Source of the DNA: a virus
Virus record (IMG/VR): IMGVR_UViG_3300030390_000232
Coordinates: 374 to 64,373 of that record
Reading direction: 5' to 3' (one strand)
DNA length: 64,000 nucleotides
The position numbers and the translations under genes are program-made. Under the pieces are notes generated by a model that was not told the DNA's origin, ran no database searches, and worked only from the letters and a program-made list of their open reading frames with translations. This document shows, piece by piece, positions 8,013 to 15,176 of this stretch (positions are counted from its first letter, which is position 1; each line of letters begins with the position of its first letter).

Positions 8013-9838
8013 TCACCGTAGACTTTGAAACATACTACGATAAGGATTACTCACTACGCAAAATTACTACAGAAGAATACATCCGTGACGACAGGTTCGA
8101 GGTTATTGGAGTCGCGGTCAAAGTTAATAATGATATTACAGAGTGGGCAAGCGGCTCACACGAGGAGATATATGAATACTTACATACGTTCGATTGGGCG
8201 AATAGCATGGTTGTTGCTCACAATAACCTGTTCGACGGTGCTATTCTCGGCTGGCATTTTGATATTCATCCCAAGTTGTTTGGCTGTACTTTGTGTATTG
8301 CCCGTGCCCTTCACGGGGTTGAAGTTGGTGGTTCTCTCGCGGCAGTTGCTAAAAGGTATAGTATTGGGGCCAAGGGAACCGAAGTTCTCGACGCAATCGG
8401 AAAGAGACGCGAAGACTTTTCTGCACAGGAGTTAGACGCTTACAGTGACTACTGTATCAATGACGTAGACTTGTGCTATGAGTTGTTCAAGTTGATGGGT
8501 AAGTCGTTTCCCAAGAAAGAGATACACCTGATAGACCGTACGCTGCGTATGTTTATAGAGCCTATCTTAGAATTAGACAAGGAGTTGTTAGCAGACCACC
8601 TTGTTGATGTAAAGAGACGCAAACAATCTTTGCTGGATGCCACTGGTGTAGATAAGAAAGACCTGATGAGTAACCCTAAGTTCGCCGCATTGCTTGAGGC
8701 GGAGGGGGTTGATGTACCCATGAAAGAAAGTCTCACCACTGGCAAGCAGACGTATGCGTTCGCCAAGACCGATGCAGGGTTTAAGGCGTTAGGGCAGCAC
8801 GAAAACCTACACGTACAGGCGCTTGTAGCTGCACGGTTGGGCACAAAATCTACGTTAGAAGAAACACGCACGCAAAGGTTTATAGACATAGCAGGGCGTG
8901 GCGCACTGCCAGTACCTATCAGGTACTACGCGGCACACACAGGTAGGTGGGGTGGTGATGACAAGATCAACATGCAGAACCTACCTAGCCGTGGTGTCGA
9001 TGGTAAGAAGCTAAAGAAAAGTATTACCGCACCGGAGGGCTACATGCTGGTCGATTGTGATTCGTCACAGATTGAGGCACGTGTACTTGCATGGCTAGCG
9101 AATCAGCAAGACTTAGTAGATGCGTTCACCAAGGGCGAAGATGTTTACAAACAGATGGCGTCTGACATATACGGTGTAGCAGTAGAAGACGTTACCAAGG
9201 AACAACGGTTCGTCGGCAAGACAGCTATCCTTGGCGCAGGCTATGGCATGGGGGCGGTGCGTTTTGCAGAACAGCTCAAGGCACAGTCAGGTGTTGTCAT
9301 AGCACTTGAGGAGTCGCGCCGTATCATAAACGTATACCGAGATAAGAATTGGAATATCACACACTTCTGGCGAGCATGTCAGAACATGTTGGTAGAGATG
9401 TCTCGTAATTCACGCGGGTCTTTCGGGTTCTTAAACACAGTAAAATTTACTACCACAGGTTTAGATGGGCGGGTACACCTACCCAACGGGCTATACATGA
9501 GGTACGACAATTTGGATTACGAACAGGGTGAGCGTGGGCCAGAGTTTAACTACATGACACGTAAAGGCCGAAACCGTATCTATGGTGGAAAGGTAACAGA
9601 GAACATATGCCAAGCCTTAGCGCGTATAATTATAGGCGAGCAGTTGTTGCTTATATCTAAGAAGTATAAGGTGACCATGACAGTACATGATAGTATTGTG
9701 TGCGCTGTACCGAAGAAAGAAGTTAAGCAGGGACAAGCATACATAGAGCAGTGTATGCGGTACGTGCCTACGTGGTGCAAAGGTATGCCGCTTGATTGCG
9801 AGAGTGGTTTTGATAAAACGTATGGAGGGTGTGAGTGA
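8003..9838 (+). CDS. polA: DNA polymerase family A with 3'-5' exonuclease
   Basis: Exo I DFETYY; motif A DSSQIEARVLA; motif B KTAILGAGYG; motif C VHDS. Confidence 0.95.
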   Translation: MDLITVDFETYYDKDYSLRKITTEEYIRDDRFEVIGVAVKVNNDITEWASGSHEEIYEYLHTFDWANSMVVAHNNLFDGAILGWHFDIHPKLFGCTLCIARALHGVEVGGSLAAVAKRYSIGAKGTEVLDAIGKRREDFSAQELDAYSDYCINDVDLCYELFKLMGKSFPKKEIHLIDRTLRMFIEPILELDKELLADHLVDVKRRKQSLLDATGVDKKDLMSNPKFAALLEAEGVDVPMKESLTTGKQTYAFAKTDAGFKALGQHENLHVQALVAARLGTKSTLEETRTQRFIDIAGRGALPVPIRYYAAHTGRWGGDDKINMQNLPSRGVDGKKLKKSITAPEGYMLVDCDSSQIEARVLAWLANQQDLVDAFTKGEDVYKQMASDIYGVAVEDVTKEQRFVGKTAILGAGYGMGAVRFAEQLKAQSGVVIALEESRRIINVYRDKNWNITHFWRACQNMLVEMSRNSRGSFGFLNTVKFTTTGLDGRVHLPNGLYMRYDNLDYEQGERGPEFNYMTRKGRNRIYGGKVTENICQALARIIIGEQLLLISKKYKVTMTVHDSIVCAVPKKEVKQGQAYIEQCMRYVPTWCKGMPLDCESGFDKTYGGCE

Positions 9839-9969
9839 TGGAAGATTATTTTAACTGTGGGTATTGTGAGGAGCTGGTATCAGATGAGCCGCTACCATAC
9901 GAACCAACGTGTAACCTTTGTCAAAAAGAAATAGACGCAGACGATCAACAAGGAGAGCAGCAATGCTGA
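9838..9969 (+). CDS. small zinc-finger protein (43 aa)
   Basis: [12 protein letters not shown]...TCNLCQK; TGATG coupling; GGAGG SD. Confidence 0.6.
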   Translation: MEDYFNCGYCEELVSDEPLPYEPTCNLCQKEIDADDQQGEQQC

Positions 9970-10148
9970 TACTAACAAGAAAGAAAGACCAAGCAATTAT
10001 CATAGACGGTGACATCGAAGTACGGGTGTTAGAAATAAACAAGTATGGGCAGGTAAAGTTAGGCATCAACGCACCTAACGAGATTACCGTACACCGCGAG
10101 GAAATTCACGATAAGATACAAGCTAGTGGGGTGGAACGTGAAAGATAA
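9963..10148 (+). CDS. csrA: carbon storage regulator CsrA/RsmA homologue
   Basis: [23 protein letters not shown]...QVKLGINAP...VHREEI is the canonical CsrA pattern; AAGGAG SD. Confidence 0.93.
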   Translation: MLILTRKKDQAIIIDGDIEVRVLEINKYGQVKLGINAPNEITVHREEIHDKIQASGVERER

Positions 10149-10467
10149 AGTGTTTAAGCCCGTAGATTTTTCTGATAGGGGGAAAACGTACCTCTCCCAC
10201 TACGACACGATAATAGGTAAAAGTAATAGGTTCACGACTAACACGCCGTGCCCTAAATGTGGTGAATGTACTCGCGTTATTGTTAAAGCTAGAAAAGACA
10301 GGTCTAGCCATGATGAGAATACTTCTCGGTGTACTGTCTGTGAGCGCGAAGCACAGAGGAAAAGGTTTCACAAGACAGCCGCATACAAAAAGTCTGCCCT
10401 TACGATAGAACAACGGCGAGCAATAGAAGACCACCAACACCGGAACGATGAGGATTACTTTTTGTGA
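10138..10467 (+). CDS. zinc-finger protein
   Basis: CPKC and CTVC pairs; start uncertain. Confidence 0.55.
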   Translation: MKDKVFKPVDFSDRGKTYLSHYDTIIGKSNRFTTNTPCPKCGECTRVIVKARKDRSSHDENTSRCTVCEREAQRKRFHKTAAYKKSALTIEQRRAIEDHQHRNDEDYFL

Positions 10468-11138
10468 GCATAGCCCCTTGGTCATTTAGTAAACTAAAGG
10501 CATTCGAGACATGCCCTAAGCAGTTTTACCATGTGAAGATTCTTAAAGAATATCCGCAGGAAGAAACTGACGCTATGCGCTACGGCACCGACGTACACCT
10601 TGCATGTGAGGAGTACATACGTGACAACAAGCCACTACCTAAGAAGTACGACTACTGCAAACCCTCACTCGATGCGCTTAACCGTATCCAAGGGGAGAAG
10701 CTGTGCGAGTATGAGCTAGGGCTAACAGCTAACCTAGAGCCATGTGGGTTCAGAGATGACGATGTATGGTTCAGAGGTATAGCCGATCTAATTATAGTAG
10801 ACCATGATAAGAAGTTAGCGTGGGTTGTGGACTACAAGACAGGTAAGTCGGCACGGTACGCAGACAAGGGGCAGCTAGAACTTATGGCTTTAGCAGTGTG
10901 GAAACACTTTCCAGAAATAGAGGTAGTGAAGGGCGGCCTGTTGTTCGTAGTGTCTAAAGACCTTATCAAGAGTAGGTATACACGCACTGACGACCAGCGG
11001 GCGTTAACCGAGAAGTACATAGGTAAGTATAAACAAATGGTGATCGCATCTGATAACAACGTGTGGAACGCTAACCCAAGTGGGTTGTGTCGAGCATGGT
11101 GTGACGTATTAGAGTGCGCACATAACGGGAGAGGGTAA
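10464..11138 (+). CDS. PD-(D/E)XK exonuclease (RecB/Cas4-like)
   Basis: WSFSKLKAFETCP, GIADL, VVDYKTGK, QLELMA and C-terminal Cys cluster CRAWC..LECAH. Confidence 0.88.
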   Translation: MSIAPWSFSKLKAFETCPKQFYHVKILKEYPQEETDAMRYGTDVHLACEEYIRDNKPLPKKYDYCKPSLDALNRIQGEKLCEYELGLTANLEPCGFRDDDVWFRGIADLIIVDHDKKLAWVVDYKTGKSARYADKGQLELMALAVWKHFPEIEVVKGGLLFVVSKDLIKSRYTRTDDQRALTEKYIGKYKQMVIASDNNVWNANPSGLCRAWCDVLECAHNGRG

Positions 11139-11293
11139 TGGGAAAAGGTAGTAGAAGACGCCCAGCAGCAGACGTAGCGCGGTTCAACTCAGAGTTCGAC
11201 CGTATCTTTAACAAACCAAAAGAGGATAAGGCAGATGCCGTACAAGAATCCGAAAGACCGAAAGAAGCAAGTAAACGCCCCAGTAGGGAGTAA
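11138..11293 (+). CDS. small basic protein
   Basis: MGKGSRRRP...FNSEFDRIF; TAATG coupling. Confidence 0.5.
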   Translation: MGKGSRRRPAADVARFNSEFDRIFNKPKEDKADAVQESERPKEASKRPSRE

Positions 11294-11483
11294 AGAGCAC
11301 GAGGCGCGCATGGAACGACAGCGTGCTAGACGTGAGTTCGATAGAAAGAAAGGCTACGCCAAACGTAAAGGCAAAGACATATCGCACAACAAGTCGTTAG
11401 CCAATGGCGGGACGAATGCCGATGGGTATAAGGTAGAGTGTAGCAGTAAGAACCGAGCACGTAATGGCAAAAGCCCAAAGTAA
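11235..11483 (+). CDS. HNH-like endonuclease
   Basis: KDISHNKSLANGGTN...KNRARN. Confidence 0.7.
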   Translation: MPYKNPKDRKKQVNAPVGSKEHEARMERQRARREFDRKKGYAKRKGKDISHNKSLANGGTNADGYKVECSSKNRARNGKSPK

Positions 11484-11503
11484 TAACATCACCGGAGGGG
11501 TGA

Positions 11504-13039
11504 ATGAAGATTTTAGATAACAAAGCCATACTGCTTAAACTGCGTAATCCTAAGCAAGTTACAGAGGTTATACCTAGGAGTAAGGAAGTCGCGCCTAACA
11601 CAGTGGCGGTTAGTTGGGGACTAGACGAGGCCAAGGCTTTGCGTAACATGAAGATCAACGCACCGTCACCTATCGAGGGTAGGTACGAATGGACAGGTAA
11701 GTACGAGCCGTTCGAGCACCAGAAGAAGACGGCAGGGTTCTTGACTATGAACCGCCGTGCGTTCTGTTTCAATGAGCAGGGCACAGGTAAGACAGCCAGC
11801 GCAATATGGGCGGCTGACTACTTAATGGAGAAAGGTAAGATTAACCGCGTGTTAGTTATATGCCCACTGTCAATTATGGATAGCGCGTGGCGTGCTGACT
11901 TGTTTACCTTTGCTATGCACCGAACCGTTGACGTAGCGCATGGCGCGAAAGCAAAACGCCGAAAGATAATCGAGGGTGGCGCTGAGTTCGTTATCATTAA
12001 CTACGATGGTGTGAAGATAGTACAAGACGTCATAGCTGATGGGGGCTTCGACTGCATCATTATAGATGAGGCTACTCACTACAAGAACGTACAGACCGAC
12101 CGTTGGAAAACTCTAAACAAGATAGTCAAACCAGACACGTGGTTGTGGCTTATGACGGGTACGCCCGCCGCACAAAGCCCAATAGATGCGTATGGCCTAG
12201 CTAAACTTGTTAACCCCAAAGCTGTACCTAAGTTCTTTAGTGCATTCCGAGATCAAGTATTGGTTCGCGTTACGCAGTTTAAGTGGGCACCGAAAGAGTC
12301 AGCTACTGATACAGTATTCAACGCGCTACAACCTGCTGTACGCTATACCAAAGATGAATGCTTAGACCTGCCGCCGATGATATACGTTAAGCGCGGTGTT
12401 GAGCTAACAAGTCAGCAGAAGAAGTACTACAAGGCTTTGAAGGATCAGCTCGTTATGCGCGTGGCAGGCGAGCAAGTTACCGCAGTAAACGCAGCGGTTA
12501 CCATGAACAAGCTACTACAGATAAGCGCAGGCGCAGTGTACACCGATGACAAAGAGACGCTAGAGTTTGATATTAAGAACCGATACAAAGTACTACGTGA
12601 AGTAATTGATGAGTCGAGTAAGAAGATACTCGTGTTCGTGCCGTTCAAGCATGTCATTGACATACTAACTGACAGGCTACGTGGTGACGGTATAGCCACT
12701 GAGGTTATACGTGGGGATGTACCAGCTAGTAAACGTACTGAGATATTCAAACGGTTCCAAGAGACTGACGACCCCAAGGTGTTAGTCATACAACCGCAGT
12801 CCGCTGCACATGGTGTGACCCTAACCGCTGCTAACACTGTCGTATGGTGGGGGCCAACTTCTTCACTAGAAACATACGCTCAAGCCAACGCACGTGTACA
12901 CAGGTCAGGGCAAGACCAGAAATGTACCATCGTACAGTTACAAGGTTCTAACGTAGAAAAACGTGTTTACTCATTATTAGATAATAGAATAGACGTACAC
13001 ACAAAAATGATTGATCTTTACAACGAACTACTTGACTAA
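11504..13039 (+). CDS. SNF2-family (SF2) helicase
   Basis: NEQGTGKT, IIDEAT, MTGTP, QANARVHRSGQ motifs. Confidence 0.9.
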   Translation: MKILDNKAILLKLRNPKQVTEVIPRSKEVAPNTVAVSWGLDEAKALRNMKINAPSPIEGRYEWTGKYEPFEHQKKTAGFLTMNRRAFCFNEQGTGKTASAIWAADYLMEKGKINRVLVICPLSIMDSAWRADLFTFAMHRTVDVAHGAKAKRRKIIEGGAEFVIINYDGVKIVQDVIADGGFDCIIIDEATHYKNVQTDRWKTLNKIVKPDTWLWLMTGTPAAQSPIDAYGLAKLVNPKAVPKFFSAFRDQVLVRVTQFKWAPKESATDTVFNALQPAVRYTKDECLDLPPMIYVKRGVELTSQQKKYYKALKDQLVMRVAGEQVTAVNAAVTMNKLLQISAGAVYTDDKETLEFDIKNRYKVLREVIDESSKKILVFVPFKHVIDILTDRLRGDGIATEVIRGDVPASKRTEIFKRFQETDDPKVLVIQPQSAAHGVTLTAANTVVWWGPTSSLETYAQANARVHRSGQDQKCTIVQLQGSNVEKRVYSLLDNRIDVHTKMIDLYNELLD

Positions 13040-13060
13040 GGTATTATATACCACTATATT
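13032..13060 (+). promoter_or_regulatory. sigma70-type promoter
   Basis: TTGACT-17 nt-TATATT followed by AGGAGG SD at about 13077. Confidence 0.65.
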
Positions 13061-13086
13061 ACTCGACCACTAACTAGGAGGTAGTT

Positions 13087-13482
13087 ATGACAGAAGAAAT
13101 AGAAGTAGCAAAGATGGTGCGGGTGTACCAAAAGATACGTAGTAAACGCGCAGAATTGTCGGCTAACTTTAAAGAAGAAGACAAAGCATTGTCTGAGAAG
13201 TTAGACGCAGTGAAAGCCGCGCTACTTAAATACTGTGATGAGCAGGGTGTTGAAAGTGTACGTACCGCCGAGGGCTTGTTCTACCGTAGCACTAAGACAC
13301 GGTACTGGACTAGCGATTGGGAATCCATGCACAAGTTTATATTAGAAGAGGGAGTGCCGGAGCTGCTAGACAAACGCGTTAACCAAACTAACATGCGCCA
13401 GTACTTAGAAGAGAATCCCGATGTAGTTCCTATGGGACTTAACGTAGATTCAGAATACACATTATCAGTGAGGAAGAAGTAA
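13087..13482 (+). CDS. conserved phage replication-module protein
   Basis: Coiled-coil N-terminus plus VESVRT..G.FYRS..TRYW..DW motif; strong SD. Confidence 0.75.
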   Translation: MTEEIEVAKMVRVYQKIRSKRAELSANFKEEDKALSEKLDAVKAALLKYCDEQGVESVRTAEGLFYRSTKTRYWTSDWESMHKFILEEGVPELLDKRVNQTNMRQYLEENPDVVPMGLNVDSEYTLSVRKK

Positions 13483-13718
13483 TGGAACAACTAGCAACAA
13501 TAGAAGAGTTAGCCAAACACTTTAGGGTGTCTGTGTCTACTACTCGCGCATGGCTACGCAATGGCCACATACCTGAGCGCACCTATGTAAGTGTAGGTCA
13601 TACCTATAGGTTTAAGATACCTTTAGTTGAAGCGGCTATGCTAAGCCGAACCGCTACCGATGACTGGCAAGGTAACACGCTTGAGGACTTAGGGCTTAGC
13701 GTGGACGAGGACGGTTAG
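13482..13718 (+). CDS. excisionase-like (MerR/HTH_17) DNA-binding protein
   Basis: TIEELAKHFRVSVSTTRAWLRNGHIP...YRFK. Confidence 0.75.
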   Translation: MEQLATIEELAKHFRVSVSTTRAWLRNGHIPERTYVSVGHTYRFKIPLVEAAMLSRTATDDWQGNTLEDLGLSVDEDG

Positions 13719-14372
13719 ATGCGCCGAATCAGCTTGCGGGGTGGGAACTTCATGGGGCAACCATTTGCTTATGACAACAGTATGGACGTCGTTATACTAG
13801 ACGCAGCACCTGTATCACGTTCATACTACGCCGCAGATTTTGACCCTAGTAAAACTGTAGCGCCAACGTGTTGGTCGTCTACAACACAAACACCTGATGC
13901 GGACGTGCCAGAAGAACAGGTACAGAGTCGTCGGTGTATGGACTGCAAGCAAAATGTACGCGGTTCATCTGGAAGTAATGGTAGGGCTTGCAGGTTTTCT
14001 CAACGATTGGCAGTAGCACCGGCTCAAAAGTTAGATGAAGTTTATCAAATTCAGTTGCCAGCTACTTCTATTTTTGGTAAAACTGTAAAGGGCAACATGC
14101 CGATGCAAGAGTACGCTCGTTTGCTAGCACAAAATAATACGCAAGCAGCGTCTATCGTTACAAAAATGTACTTCGATGAGTACAGCGCCGTATCAAAACT
14201 TTACTTCAAGCCAGTCCGTTCCTTAGACAAGCAAGAGGTAACCGTAGTAAGTCAGACTAAAGATCACCCTGACACTAAAGAAGCAATAACTTTGATCATT
14301 ATTGATCAGAGCGCAGGATCGTCACCCTTTGGAATTACCGAGGGGTACGAACATAACCCAAACCATTCTTAG
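13719..14372 (+). CDS. conserved Cys-containing phage protein, possibly ssDNA binding/annealing
   Basis: RRISLRGG, PTCWS, CMDCKQN, SGSNGRACRFSQRLAV motifs. Confidence 0.6.
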   Translation: MRRISLRGGNFMGQPFAYDNSMDVVILDAAPVSRSYYAADFDPSKTVAPTCWSSTTQTPDADVPEEQVQSRRCMDCKQNVRGSSGSNGRACRFSQRLAVAPAQKLDEVYQIQLPATSIFGKTVKGNMPMQEYARLLAQNNTQAASIVTKMYFDEYSAVSKLYFKPVRSLDKQEVTVVSQTKDHPDTKEAITLIIIDQSAGSSPFGITEGYEHNPNHS

Positions 14373-14382
14373 GAGAATGAGC

Positions 14383-15099
14383 ATGTACTTAGTAAACAAT
14401 GTAGAAGCACTATACCCACGTATCAACAAGACGTACCGTTTTGATAACGCCGAGAACCGTTCAGTACCTTGTGACGCAAGTGAAGACGGCGCATCTTACG
14501 AGATGTCATTTCGTATGACCAAAGACCAAGCCAAGGCGTTGTTCCTTGAGATGTCTAAAGCGTACCAAGAAAAGAAAGAAGCTAAGTGGCCCGCCAAGTT
14601 GGAGATGCCATTTATTAAAGACGAAGACGGTTCCTACGTAGGTAAAGCTAAACTGAAAGGCGCGTACGGCGCGGAGCTAACTGCCAAACCTATGCAATGT
14701 GACGCTAGAGGAACTGAACTGCCAGACGACTTCATGCTGACTACAGGTAGCACGGTTAACGTAGCGGTGGTGTTCGTACCGTACAACATGCGTGACCACG
14801 GTGTATCACTACGCTTGAAAGCTGTACAGGTTATCAAGTATGTAGAGGTGCAGAAGTCTAACCCATTCAGCGCAGTTGAGGGCTTCACACAAGGGGAAGA
14901 CGACAACCCGTTTGCCCCTATTGTAGAACCAGTTAGCCAAGAGTCTATGGAAGAAACAACCGCTGACGTGTTTGGTGATGACGATAGTGCTGAGCCAGAA
15001 GCTACGCCAAAGAAAGTAGCTAAGAAGAAAGCTGCGGCGAAGCCAAAGGCCAAAGATGAAGACCTTAGTTCTATCATTGATGACTGGGACGACGAATAA
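14383..15099 (+). CDS. single-stranded DNA-binding protein (T7 gp2.5-like OB fold)
   Basis: LTTGSTVNV...GVSLRLKAVQVIKY; acidic tail IIDDWDDE; AGGAG SD. Confidence 0.75.
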   Translation: MYLVNNVEALYPRINKTYRFDNAENRSVPCDASEDGASYEMSFRMTKDQAKALFLEMSKAYQEKKEAKWPAKLEMPFIKDEDGSYVGKAKLKGAYGAELTAKPMQCDARGTELPDDFMLTTGSTVNVAVVFVPYNMRDHGVSLRLKAVQVIKYVEVQKSNPFSAVEGFTQGEDDNPFAPIVEPVSQESMEETTADVFGDDDSAEPEATPKKVAKKKAAAKPKAKDEDLSSIIDDWDDE

Positions 15100-15122
15100 C
15101 CTTTAACCGTTTGTTAACTTAG

Positions 15123-15161
15123 CTACAGGGCGGCTTACACTAGCGCCTTGTAGTATTTTTT
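15123..15161 (+). terminator. Rho-independent terminator
   Basis: 10-bp stem CTACAGGGCG/CGCCTTGTAG followed by a T-run. Confidence 0.75.
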
Positions 15162-15176
15162 CGGTTGGGGGGCTAT

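Noticed and set aside
10464-11138. Cas4-like nuclease as a CRISPR-Cas component
   Set aside because: Stand-alone PD-(D/E)XK exonuclease in a replication module, which is common in phages
13482-13718. Excisionase as evidence of a prophage
   Set aside because: No integrase, att site or host genes in the window; the HTH_17 fold is also used by regulators
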